Of a DNA stretch of 16,562 nt, positions 1-9,033 are shown piece by piece. How positions within the stretch are numbered: the first letter of the stretch is position 1; every line of letters starts with the position of its first letter. The notes beneath the pieces were generated by a model. It did not search any database. It was not told the DNA's origin and saw only the letters and a program-made list of their open reading frames with translations. The position numbers and the translations under genes are program-made. Source of the stretch: Candidatus Binatia bacterium (lineage in GTDB: Bacteria; Desulfobacterota; Binatia; HRBIN30); NCBI GenBank assembly GCA_038245295.1, contig JBBRSP010000055.1, positions 1-16,562 on the forward strand, written 5' to 3'.

Positions 1-834
1 CGCGGCGAGGCTGACCCAGCCATGGCGGCGCACATTGATCAATGTGCCGAGTGCCAGGCGGCGCTCGAGGAGCTCAAGGAAATCGCCGAGCTGTTGCGCC
101 ACGAGCCGCCCGTGCCGCCCATGCCCGCACACAGGAAAGAGCAGATCCTTTGGATGGCGCGCAAGGAAGCGGCACGCGTGCGCCGCGAGTTGCGGCTGGC
201 GCAGATGCAACGTTGGGCGATCGCGGCAAGTGTGGTGCTCGCCGTCGGGGCGCTGCTGGTGTGGCGGCAGATGGGGCGCCGGGCGCCGGCACAACTCGAT
301 GCGGTCGATGGGCTGGTGCTGGCGCGCCAGGTTGCGGCGGCGCCGGTTGCGGATGCTCGCTTCGATGTGAATGGCGACGGCAAGGTGGATCGGCAGGATG
401 TCGATGCGGTGTTGCAGCGGGCGGTGTCGGTACTCGTCAAACCCGCCTTGGCGCAGCCGTCGTCGGCGGGCGAAGTACGGTACACGCGGATGGACATCTT
501 CATCGATGCGGGCAGTGATGCTCTCGCGGCGTATCAGGTCGAGATCACCACGACCGGCGACGCCAAGATCGTCGGCATCGGCGGCGGTGATCATGCGGCG
601 TTTACCGAGCCCGCCTTTTACGACCCGGCGGCTTTGCATCGCGGCGGGCTCATCATCCTTGCCGCCATCAGCACCGATGCCGATCTGCCGCGCGGGCGCA
701 CGCGGGTTGCCGATCTGCAAATGCGCGAGGCCGGCGACGTGTCGTACAAGATCCGCCTGATGGCCGCGGCACGCGCCGATGGCTCGCGGTTCAAGCCGGA
801 GGTCAGCCTGGTTCCTGCGGGGCGGCAGGAATGA
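1..834 (+). CDS. Zinc-binding (ZAS/zf-HC2-type) membrane anti-sigma factor with extracytoplasmic dockerin-like EF-hand and C-terminal cohesin-like beta domain; probably 5'-truncated by the window
   Basis: Frame is open from base 1 (RGEADPAM...). HIDQCAEC matches HxxxCxxC (31-54). Hydrophobic TM helix WAIAASVVLAVGALLVW (~214-264). Ca-binding loop DVNGDGKVDRQD (364-399). Beta-rich domain from ~475 to stop TGA 832-834. Confidence 0.8.
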   Translation, partial: RGEADPAMAAHIDQCAECQAALEELKEIAELLRHEPPVPPMPAHRKEQILWMARKEAARVRRELRLAQMQRWAIAASVVLAVGALLVWRQMGRRAPAQLDAVDGLVLARQVAAAPVADARFDVNGDGKVDRQDVDAVLQRAVSVLVKPALAQPSSAGEVRYTRMDIFIDAGSDALAAYQVEITTTGDAKIVGIGGGDHAAFTEPAFYDPAALHRGGLIILAAISTDADLPRGRTRVADLQMREAGDVSYKIRLMAAARADGSRFKPEVSLVPAGRQE

Positions 835-884
835 GGCCAGGCGGTTACGCGATTAGGCGGTTGACGGTTGTGCCGGGTTGCTGG

Positions 885-995
885 CTTCCCGGTTCTCGTT
901 CTGGATTCTCGATTCGCGGTTCTCGATGCGTTCGGACTGGTCGCGACGCCGCCGGTGTAGCGACGGGTTGCCGGCTTCAACGCATCGAGAATGGA
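885..995. repeat. Heptamer-rich inverted-repeat element, copy 1
   Basis: 885-933 matches 3322-3370 at 45/49; 948-995 matches 3235-3282 at 43/48. Internal 13-bp stem TTCTCGATGCGTT (920-932)/AACGCATCGAGAA (979-991). Degenerate RTTCTCG heptamer run. Confidence 0.9.
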
Positions 996-1094
996 CCACC
1001 TTCGCCTGGCTTCAACCTTCGCGCATACGCTACGGCTCACGAGTCGGCGGGCACGGGGAACCCAGGTCGCCTTGGGAACATTGCCTACAGAGGT

Positions 1095-1234
1095 TCCCTC
1101 TCCCAGCTCGGACGGCATGGCAACATCTGGGAGAGGGTTAGGGTGAGGGTTCGGTCTGTGGACTCAGAAACCGATGCGGGCCCTCACCCCGACCCTCTCC
1201 CACGGGCCGAGATTCCGCTCGATGTGGGAGAGGG
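1095..1234. repeat. BoxC-like CCCTCTCCC/GGGAGAGGG cruciform repeat (inverted doublet), copy 1
   Basis: CCCTCTCCCAG..CTGGGAGAGGG-TTAGGGTGAGGG ... CCCTCACCCCGACCCTCTCCCAC..GTGGGAGAGGG; same architecture and stems as 9037-9174. Confidence 0.9.
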
Positions 1235-1335
1235 GGCGCTTAGCCCTGAGAATAGAACCGATCATCGACGTGCATGGGCCTCAGTTGATGGACTCGCCAA
1301 GCCGGCTTTTGCCGGCTGGGCTCTCAGGGGGGAGA

Positions 1336-3198
1336 ATGATGAATACTCATCCTTCTAACTTGGCGGTGAGAGTTGGTCGTGTGATCTGTTTTCTCACTGC
1401 TACCGGCGCGCTTGTCGCCTGCGGCGAGATTGGCGGCAAGGTGCCGGAGCCGAGTGAGATCTTGGCAGTACCGGCTATTGTCACCGGTACTGAGGAGTTG
1501 TGGATCATTGCCCGGGATTCCGCCGGGAACAACGCGGCGGCGGCGCTGCCGTACCTTCAGCGTGCGGCAAGCACGACGCCAGCGCCGCGCTTGGTGCTGC
1601 AACACACCGACGTGAACGCCACGGTCGACGCCTCCGTCGCCACCCTGCGCGTGCAGCAGAAGTTTCACAATCCGTTTGCCGAGGCGATCGACGCCGAATA
1701 TGTCTTTTCGCTCCCCGACGATGCCGCGGTCAGCAACCTGGTGATCAACATCGGCTCACGCCACATCCGCGGCATCGTGCGGCCGCGCCGCGAGGCGGAG
1801 GAGATGTTTGGCGAGATGAAAGAACGCGGACGCGTCGTGGTGCTGCTGAGCGCCGAGGCGCCCAATGTCTTTCGCCAGAGGATTGCCAATCTTGCTGCCG
1901 GGCAGGACCTTGATGTCGCCGTTACCTACTTCAATACTCTCAACTACCGTGGCGGCGCCTACGAACTTGTTGTGCCGCTGCGCTCGGAGCCGGCAGCGGC
2001 CAACGGGGGCGGTACGGCGGCCGGGCTGACGCTGCAGGTCGACGTCGACGCCGGTATGTCTATCAAGTCGATCAGCAGCCCATCGCACGACGTGAAGATA
2101 GAGCCCTACGGCGACAGGCGGGCCCATGTCGAGTTGGTGGAGGCCGCGCCGCGGTCCGACGCTGACTTCGTCCTGCGCATCCAGACGGCGGGCAGCACAC
2201 TGAAGCCAGGCTTCCTGGCGCATCGCGACCAGCGTGGTGGCTATTTCGAACTGACCCTGCAGCCGCCCGGCGATCTCGGCGGCGGCGCGCACCAACCCCT
2301 GGAGATGATCTTCGTCACCGACTGCTCCTCGACCATGACCCGCGAGGTGATGGCGCAAGCGCGCACCGCCCTGGCGCGCGCCCTGCGGCGGCTTGCGGCG
2401 GACGATACCTTTGCGGTGGTCGGGCCGGCAGCGGCGGTGCAGCCGTTGCCGGCCAGTGCCGAGAACGTCGAGCGCGCCGTCGCTGATCTAGACGAGCCGT
2501 GCCGCGACGGCGGACCGGCCTTGCAAGACAGCCTGCGCACGGCGCTCCAGCTACGATCCGATGCCGGGCGCCGGCGTTTGGTGGTGGTCTTGAGTGATGG
2601 GCGCGGCGGTAGCGACGAGGAGATCGCCGCACGCATCCGCGAAGAGTTGGGCGGCGCGCGTATCCTGAGCCTTGGCGTCGGACCGGCGCCGAACCGCGTG
2701 CAGCTGGAGGGCATGGCGCGATTGGGTCGCGGCGCTGTGGCGTATCTTCCTAGCGCTGCCAGCGCTGGCCGCGACGCGACCGAGCAGGGCGTCGATGACT
2801 TCATCACGCAACTGCACCAGCCGCTGCTGAGCGGTATCGAAATCGATTGGGGAGACCTGCAAGTGGGCGACGTCGTGCCGCGGCGCATCCCCGATCTCTT
2901 CCCCGGCCGTCCCGTGGTAGTGAGCGGGCGATTCAGCGGCAGCGAGCCGACGACAATCAAGATCAGCGGCAAGGCCGGCGGTCAGACCCGGAGCTACACA
3001 CTCGACGTAAGCCGTGAGGATCTGACGCGCAGCCACCCGGCGCTGGCCAGCCTGTGGGCCCGCGCCTACATCGCCGACATCGAGCTGAGCAATATCTCGA
3101 GTCCCAACAGGGTAGGCGCCGCACGGATGGAAGAGATCGGGCTCGCGTATGGGATCGTGTCGCCGTACACGGCGTTGATTGCCACCGACGGGCGGTGA
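1336..3198 (+). CDS. VIT (vault inter-alpha-trypsin) + von Willebrand factor A domain lipoprotein
   Basis: VIT signature (LQHTDVNATV..VQQKFHNPF..IDAEYVFSLPDDAAV..IRGIVRPRREAEEMF..PNVFRQRIANL), SPSH motif, vWA with MIDAS-like DCSST and LSDG, C-terminal LWAR and YGIVSPYTALIA. Lipobox LVA-C. Start moved from 1174 to ATG 1336/1339, which follows GGGGGGAG; the upstream extension runs through a repeat. Confidence 0.9.
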   Translation: MMNTHPSNLAVRVGRVICFLTATGALVACGEIGGKVPEPSEILAVPAIVTGTEELWIIARDSAGNNAAAALPYLQRAASTTPAPRLVLQHTDVNATVDASVATLRVQQKFHNPFAEAIDAEYVFSLPDDAAVSNLVINIGSRHIRGIVRPRREAEEMFGEMKERGRVVVLLSAEAPNVFRQRIANLAAGQDLDVAVTYFNTLNYRGGAYELVVPLRSEPAAANGGGTAAGLTLQVDVDAGMSIKSISSPSHDVKIEPYGDRRAHVELVEAAPRSDADFVLRIQTAGSTLKPGFLAHRDQRGGYFELTLQPPGDLGGGAHQPLEMIFVTDCSSTMTREVMAQARTALARALRRLAADDTFAVVGPAAAVQPLPASAENVERAVADLDEPCRDGGPALQDSLRTALQLRSDAGRRRLVVVLSDGRGGSDEEIAARIREELGGARILSLGVGPAPNRVQLEGMARLGRGAVAYLPSAASAGRDATEQGVDDFITQLHQPLLSGIEIDWGDLQVGDVVPRRIPDLFPGRPVVVSGRFSGSEPTTIKISGKAGGQTRSYTLDVSREDLTRSHPALASLWARAYIADIELSNISSPNRVGAARMEEIGLAYGIVSPYTALIATDGR

Positions 3199-3205
3199 GG
3201 CCGCA

Positions 3206-3385
3206 TTCTCGGCTCGGTCGGGGTGCTTGCGAGGGCCGCCGGTGCGATGACGGGTTGCCGGTTTCAACGCATCGAGAATGGAGGACCCAGAACTCAGGAT
3301 CAAGAATGAGAAGTTGCCGGACTTCCCGGTTCTCGTTCTGAGTTCTCGATTCGCGGCTCTCGATGCGGTCAGGGTGCTTGCGAGG
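3206..3385. repeat. Heptamer-rich inverted-repeat element, copy 2 (about 1.2 units of a ~151-bp unit)
   Basis: Direct repeat CGGTC(G/A)GGGTGCTTGCGAGG at 3215-3234 and 3366-3385 (19/20). Stems 3268-3277/3358-3367 and 3289-3297/3338-3346. Shares two blocks with 885-995. Confidence 0.9.
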
Positions 3386-3472
3386 TGACTGCCGTACGCA
3401 CGATCGGTCCACCAACGGAGCGGTACGCGCACAGCCCGTTTCTGCGAGCGCCCGTGCTATAGGCGACGAGGT

Positions 3473-6400
3473 ATGGCCGACTCACAAGCGGCAAGCGCTT
3501 CGCAATCTTCGGTCTTTGTCGGCCGGCGCATCGAGATGGAATTGCTGGTCCACGGGGTAGAAGACACCCTCGCCGGCCGTGGCCGAATGTTCCTGCTCAC
3601 CGGTGAGCCGGGGATCGGCAAGACGCGTCTGGCAAACGAGCTGTGTCGGGTTGCCGAAGCGCGCGGCCTGCGGATTCTGTGGGGACGTTGTTGGGAGGGT
3701 GGCGGCGCACCGCCCTACTGGCCGCTGACGCAAATTCTCCGCAGCTATGGGCGCGGCATGGACCCTGCCATTCTGACGCAGCGCCTCGGCGCCAGTCTCG
3801 AGGACATGGCGACCCTCGTACCGGAATGGGCCTCATCGCTTGGGTCATCGGCGCATAACGTGGCTGGCTTCGATCCCGACCAGGCGCGCTTTCGGTTGTT
3901 CGATTCCGTCAGCACATTCCTGCGCAATGCCGCCGCCGAGCAACCACTGCTGCTGGTATTCGACGATCTTCATTGGGCCGACGATGCATCGCTCCTGTTA
4001 TTGCGCTTCCTGGGTCGCGACCTGCGCACCACGCCCCTCCTGGTCATCGGCACCTATCGTGACGCGGAGGCACGTCTGCGCAACTCAACCGCCGGGTTGC
4101 TGGGCCAACTGGGTCGCGAGAGCCAAGGTGTACCACTGGTCGGCTTGAGCGAAGCCGCCGTCGGTGAATACATCGCTGCCACCACGACGACAGTTGCCCA
4201 AGAGGTTGTCGCCACCGCCGTGCATCGCGCCACCGAGGGAAACCCGCTGTTCGTCGATGAGGTCGTGGCATTGTTACGTTCGCAAGGACGCCTCGATGCC
4301 AGTGCTACCTTGGTCCTGCAGCACTGCAGTGTGCCGGAAGGTGTACGCGAAGTCATCCGCACGCGGCTGCAGCTCGTGGATGCGCCGACGCGTACGCTTC
4401 TCGGCATCGCCGCTGTCATCGGCAGAGAGTTCGATTTGCGCACGGTTGCGGCCGTGGTGAGACGTCGCGGCGAGGGCTCTGCGGAAGCTGTCCCCGACAT
4501 CATCGCGTCGGCCGAAACCCTGGCCGTCATTGGTACCGTTGCCGATGTGCTGGGGCGTTATCGTTTCGTCCATACACTCGTCCGCGAGACTTTGTACGAG
4601 GATCTATCGCCGACCCTGCGTGGCGAGTTGCACCACCTCGTCGGCTGCGCCCTGGAGTCGCAGTACGGCATTGAAAGTGCCGAGCTGGCACATCACTTCT
4701 TGCGCGGCGGTGATGCGGACGATCCGACCCGGGCCGTGCGATACTCACGCGCCGCCGCCGAAGCAGCGCTGAGCTCGTTGGCCTATGAGACCGCGGTGAC
4801 GCAATTCGAGGCGGCACTTCGCACCCAACGTGCACATCCCGACGGCGACACCGATGACGGTCTGGAGTTGACGCTTTTGCTGGCTTTGGGCGGTGCGCAG
4901 TGGCGTGCTGCCGACCCGAAGGCCGCAACACGGTCACTGCTGGAAGCAACGGATCAGGCGCGTCGCGTGCAAAAACACGAGATGTTTGCGACAGCCGTTC
5001 TCGCTCTCGGGCTGATTCGCTTCGAACGCGGCCGATCCGATGATCTTCTCGTGCGGCTTCTCGAAGAATCGCTCGAGCTTCTCGATGATCACGACAGCGC
5101 TTTGCGGGCCCGCGTCATGGCGCGTTTTGCTCAGTCGTTCTACCTGCGCGGCGCCGGCGATCGTGCCCGCGCCATGGCCCAGGGCGCGGTCGAGATGTCG
5201 CGCCGCCTCATGGACGATACGGCTCTCGCCGCCGCTTTACTGGCTCAGCACGGGTTGTTGTGGCACGCCGAGAGCGGCGACGAGCGCTTGGCAATTGCTA
5301 CCGAGATCGCCCGGCTTGCTCAACGCAGCGGTGACGATGAGCTAGGCTTCGAGGCGCTGGATTGGCGTGTCTACGACCTCTTCGAGCTCGGCGAACGCCA
5401 CCGGGCCGACGACGCGGTCGACGAGTACGAGCGTCTAGCGCGCACACTGCGTCATCCACGCTCGCAGTGGTACACGACTGTCCTACGCGCCCAACAAGCC
5501 TACCTGGCCGGACGTTTCGACGAAGCGGAAGAACGGGCCGCCGCCGGTCTTCAGGTTCGTCAGGCCGAAGGCGCGCCGCTGTCTCAATTTTACGGAGCTC
5601 AGCTTTACACAATTCGGCGCGACCAGGGACGGCTCGTCGAGCTCGGGCCGGCGATGCAGCTCTATGCCGAACAATATCCGGAGCTCGGTGTCTGGCAATG
5701 CGCCGCAGCCTTGCGTGATGCCGACACGGGCAACCATGCCGCCGCTCAACAGCACCTGGATCGCCTGGCGATCGACAACTTTACTGACCTGCGGCAGGAC
5801 GTAAATTGGCTGACGACGACGAGCATCCTGGCTGAGGTAAGTGCTTTGGTCGGCGATCAAAAGCGTGCCGCGCTTCTCTACGAAATGATGCTGCCCTCCG
5901 CCGCGCGGCATGTCTTTAGCGTCGGCTGCTCGGCCTATCGCGGCCCCGTCCCGCTTTTTCTAGGACTCTTGGCGCACACGGCGCGGGAGTGGGCGGCATC
6001 AACCGCTCACTTCGAGACGGCCCTGCAGATGATTCAAAAGATGCGCGCCGTGCCGACGCTGGTGCGGGCGCAGTTCGAGCTTGCGCGCATGCTGCACGCC
6101 GCTGGCGGCAACGAAGAACGGGCCCGCGAGGTATTTGCCGGCGCCCGGAAATTTGCCGCGGAGATCGGCATGCGGCAGATCGTCACGAGTATCGATGCGC
6201 TGGTGTCCGAGACCGAGCTTGCTCCCCAGACGCAGGCGCCGAGGGAGGGCTTGCCAACAGCGGAGTTTCGTAGGGAACAGGCATCATGGGTCCTGTCGTG
6301 GATGGGAAGTGTCCTACGGTTGAGCGACACCAAAGGGTTGCACTGCTTGTACTACCTGTTGTCGCACGCCGGGCACGAGATCTCGGCAGTCGAGCTGCAA

Positions 6401-6625
6401 AACCACGCGAGCGACGCGGCCGAGCTCGACGATGCAACCGATGGCGCCCGCGCCGACGCGGCCGAGCGCGCCCGGGTCAATGTAACGCGTCTAGTCAACA
6501 ACGCGCTCAAGCGTATCGAGAGCGACAGCCCGGAGCTGGCCCGCCACCTGCGTGGCGCCATCAAGACCGGCAAGGTCTGCACCTATCGCGAAAATCCGTT
6601 GCGTCCCGTGACTTGGCGATTGTGA
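3473..6625 (+). CDS. Large AAA ATPase (AAA_16/STAND-like) regulator with TPR-like helical region and putative C-terminal winged-helix output domain
   Basis: FVGR..E N-terminus, Walker A GEPGIGKT (3602-3625), [14 protein letters not shown], Walker [32 protein letters not shown], long Ala/Leu helical repeats, C-terminal [16 protein letters not shown]. Confidence 0.9.
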   Translation: MADSQAASASQSSVFVGRRIEMELLVHGVEDTLAGRGRMFLLTGEPGIGKTRLANELCRVAEARGLRILWGRCWEGGGAPPYWPLTQILRSYGRGMDPAILTQRLGASLEDMATLVPEWASSLGSSAHNVAGFDPDQARFRLFDSVSTFLRNAAAEQPLLLVFDDLHWADDASLLLLRFLGRDLRTTPLLVIGTYRDAEARLRNSTAGLLGQLGRESQGVPLVGLSEAAVGEYIAATTTTVAQEVVATAVHRATEGNPLFVDEVVALLRSQGRLDASATLVLQHCSVPEGVREVIRTRLQLVDAPTRTLLGIAAVIGREFDLRTVAAVVRRRGEGSAEAVPDIIASAETLAVIGTVADVLGRYRFVHTLVRETLYEDLSPTLRGELHHLVGCALESQYGIESAELAHHFLRGGDADDPTRAVRYSRAAAEAALSSLAYETAVTQFEAALRTQRAHPDGDTDDGLELTLLLALGGAQWRAADPKAATRSLLEATDQARRVQKHEMFATAVLALGLIRFERGRSDDLLVRLLEESLELLDDHDSALRARVMARFAQSFYLRGAGDRARAMAQGAVEMSRRLMDDTALAAALLAQHGLLWHAESGDERLAIATEIARLAQRSGDDELGFEALDWRVYDLFELGERHRADDAVDEYERLARTLRHPRSQWYTTVLRAQQAYLAGRFDEAEERAAAGLQVRQAEGAPLSQFYGAQLYTIRRDQGRLVELGPAMQLYAEQYPELGVWQCAAALRDADTGNHAAAQQHLDRLAIDNFTDLRQDVNWLTTTSILAEVSALVGDQKRAALLYEMMLPSAARHVFSVGCSAYRGPVPLFLGLLAHTAREWAASTAHFETALQMIQKMRAVPTLVRAQFELARMLHAAGGNEERAREVFAGARKFAAEIGMRQIVTSIDALVSETELAPQTQAPREGLPTAEFRREQASWVLSWMGSVLRLSDTKGLHCLYYLLSHAGHEISAVELQNHASDAAELDDATDGARADAAERARVNVTRLVNNALKRIESDSPELARHLRGAIKTGKVCTYRENPLRPVTWRL

Positions 6626-6771
6626 CCGAGTCGCGGACCAGCGTCCCGGACGACCCAACAGCTGTTCTTCGTTGCCTGCCTGCTTTCGCCATCGTTGCGC
6701 GATTGATATACGGCGACTCGTGCGTCGTCGCTTCCGCGCGCGCAACGACATCCGGACAGGAGACTTCCAAA

Positions 6772-8139
6772 ATGGCAGGCGAGAAGATCCGCTTCGTCAA
6801 CGGTAAGATCGACGTTCCCAACAATCCGATCCTCCCTTTTATCGAAGGTGATGGCACCGGCCCCGACATCTGGCGTTCCAGCCAGCGTGTGTTCGACGCC
6901 GCCGTCGAAAAAGCATACGGCGGTAAGCGCAAGATCGAGTGGAAGGAAGTGCTGGCCGGCGAGAAGGCATTCAACAAGACCGGCAACTGGCTACCCGACG
7001 AAACCGTCGAGGCCTTTCGCGATCACGTCGTTGGCATCAAGGGGCCACTGACCACACCGATCGGCGGCGGCATCCGGTCACTCAACGTTGCCCTGCGCCA
7101 ACTGCTCGATCTCTACGTCTGCTTGCGCCCGGTGCGTTACTTCAAGGGTGTGCCGAGTCCGGTCAAGCATCCGGAAGCGGTCGACATGGTCATCTTCCGC
7201 GAGAACACCGAAGACATCTACGCCGGCATCGAATGGCAGGCGGGGACGCCGCAGGCCAAGAAGGTCATCGACTTTCTCCAGAAGGAGATGGGCGTCAAGA
7301 ACATCCGCTTTCCGGAAACCAGCGCCATTGGCATCAAGCCGGTGTCGTCGGAAGGCACCGAGCGCCTGGTTGGCGCAGCGATCGAGTATGCCCTGCGCCA
7401 GAAGCGCCGCAGCGTCACCCTGGTGCACAAGGGCAATATCATGAAGTTCACCGAGGGTGGCTTCCGCGATTGGGGTTACGCGTTGGCGACGCGAAAGTAC
7501 CGCGCCGACGTGATCACCGAGCGCGAGAGCTGGATCCTCGGCAACAAGGAAGCCAAGCCGGACATCTCGGTTGAAGGCAACGCCCGCGCCGCTGATCCGG
7601 GCTACGATTTGATGACCACGGATCAGCAAGCCAAGGTGCGCGCCGAGATCGAGACGGCGCTCAAGCTGTGGGATACCCACGGTGACGGCAAGTGGAAGAA
7701 GAAGCTGATGATCCGCGATTCCATCGCCGACATCACGCTGCAGCAAGTGTTGACGCGGCCCAAAGAGTTCGACGTCATCGCGACGCTCAACCTGAACGGC
7801 GACTACCTTTCCGATGCACTGGCGGCGCAAGTCGGTGGTATCGGCATCGCCCCGGGCGGCAACATCAACTACGTCAGCGGCCATGCGATCTTTGAAGCGA
7901 CACACGGTACGGCACCGAAGTATGCCAACCTCGATCAGGTGAACCCTGGGTCGGTCATCCTCTCCGGCGAAATGATGTTGCGCCACCTGGGATGGGATGA
8001 GGCGGCCGCCTTGATCATCAAAGGCATGGACGGCGCCATCGCCGCCAAGACCGTGACCTACGATTTCCACCGACTGATGGAAGGTGCCAAGCTTCTCAAG
8101 TGCTCGGAGTTCGGCAGCGCCATCATCTCGCACATGTAA
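6772..8139 (+). CDS. icd: NADP-dependent isocitrate dehydrogenase (dimeric, E. coli-type)
   Basis: [72 protein letters not shown] (KY pair typical of NADP specificity). ATG 6772 follows AGGAG. Homology begins here, not at 6286. Confidence 0.98.
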   Translation: MAGEKIRFVNGKIDVPNNPILPFIEGDGTGPDIWRSSQRVFDAAVEKAYGGKRKIEWKEVLAGEKAFNKTGNWLPDETVEAFRDHVVGIKGPLTTPIGGGIRSLNVALRQLLDLYVCLRPVRYFKGVPSPVKHPEAVDMVIFRENTEDIYAGIEWQAGTPQAKKVIDFLQKEMGVKNIRFPETSAIGIKPVSSEGTERLVGAAIEYALRQKRRSVTLVHKGNIMKFTEGGFRDWGYALATRKYRADVITERESWILGNKEAKPDISVEGNARAADPGYDLMTTDQQAKVRAEIETALKLWDTHGDGKWKKKLMIRDSIADITLQQVLTRPKEFDVIATLNLNGDYLSDALAAQVGGIGIAPGGNINYVSGHAIFEATHGTAPKYANLDQVNPGSVILSGEMMLRHLGWDEAAALIIKGMDGAIAAKTVTYDFHRLMEGAKLLKCSEFGSAIISHM

Positions 8140-8163
8140 CGCCGCCGCCGGTTTTGATTTTGT

Positions 8164-8831
8164 ATGGGTTCGGCCGCGGCTGCAGGCAGAGGCGAAGGCA
8201 TAGGCGAAGGCTCGCCTGAGCCTCTACCCAAGCCGCCGCCGCGGCTCGAATCGATCGACATGCTGCGCGGCGTGATCATCGCTGTAATGGCCATCGATCA
8301 CGCCCGCGCATTCATATCCCGCGATCATCCGTTCGAATTCTGGGGCGCACCGATACCGGTATACGATGCGGTGCTGCCGTTCTTCACGCGCCTGATCACC
8401 CACTTCTGCGCTCCAGGTTTCTTCTTCCTCATGGGTGTCGGGATGACGCTGATGGCGACTGGCCGGCGCCGGTGCAACCCGGCCCGATCGGCCTCTTGAA
8501 CGTTACGAAGTATCCACCCAGTCTGGCGTTTGTGGCGCTTACGCTTGGTGTGGATCTCCTGTTCTTCGGTGCCATCAGTACGTGGTGGTCGCACCCATCC
8601 TGGGGATCCTGGCGCAAGCCGCTCCTGGTATTCGGCCGCACATCGTTGTTCTTCTACATCGCGCACCTCTACCTGTTCGCCATCATCGGGCTGGCCTTCC
8701 CGCACGGCGCGCCCATTGCGGTCGTCTACCCGATCTGGCTGGCCGGCCTGGTTGTGCTCTACCCACTCTGTGTCCGCTACCAGCGCTTCAAATCATCCAA
8801 GCCCGGCGATTCGCTGTGGCGCTTCTTCTGA
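8164..8831 (+). pseudogene. DUF1624 / HGSNAT-like membrane acyltransferase gene, internally deleted and frameshifted
   Basis: N-terminal family motifs RLESIDMLRG..MAIDH and FFTRLITHFCAPGFFFLMG in ORF 8164-8499. C-terminal motifs LNVTKYPPSL, VFGRTSLFFYIAHLY, LYPLCVRY in a different frame (8472-8831). The central TM region is missing. Confidence 0.8.
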
Positions 8832-8856
8832 AGCCTGGGATGGTGCGCGTCGGGGT

Positions 8857-8930
8857 TCACTCCGCAGGCTGAAGCCTGCGCCTACCGGTTCCAGTTCGCC
8901 GGCCTATTCAGCTCACTCCGCAGGCTGAAG
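8857..8930 (-). repeat. GTAG-type REP: one intact copy plus left half of a second tandem copy
   Basis: Minus strand 8885-8863 reads GTAGG-CGCAGGC-TTCA-GCCTGCG. TCACTCCGCAGGCTGAAG occurs at 8857-8874 and 8913-8930. Confidence 0.85.
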
Positions 8931-9033
8931 AGGGTGTCTCAAAACATAGGCCCACCCGGCTCACCCTTCGACGGGCATAGCGCGGGTCTTCGCCCGCAAC
9001 CCCAGAAGGGCACTGGTTACTGCGGCACGCCAA

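Noticed and set aside
1005..1090. CCTTCGCGCATACGCTACGGC..GAGTCGGCGGGCAC, possibly another REP-like remnant
   Set aside because: Single degenerate copy in the window; cannot be supported.
1174..1335. N-terminal extension of the VIT/vWA ORF
   Set aside because: Starts inside the repeat; RBS and lipoprotein signal fit ATG 1336/1339.
831..1358. 175-aa ORF (and 878-1141) between the anti-sigma and VIT genes
   Set aside because: Runs through non-coding palindromic repeats; peptides such as WERVRVR and PHPDPLP are translations of the BoxC-like element.
6627..6750. Inverted repeats in the icd leader (CGAGTCGC/GCGACTCG) as a possible regulatory RNA
   Set aside because: Short GC-rich stems are expected by chance; no recognisable Rfam motif.
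6286..6771. 162-aa N-terminal extension of Icd
   Set aside because: Overlaps the ATPase gene, has no Icd similarity, and a good RBS precedes 6772.
7078..8133. 351-aa antisense ORF to icd (likewise 9093-9986, 12656-13372, 13621-14280, 15409-16260)
   Set aside because: Shadow ORFs caused by high-GC codon bias of the real genes; no motifs.
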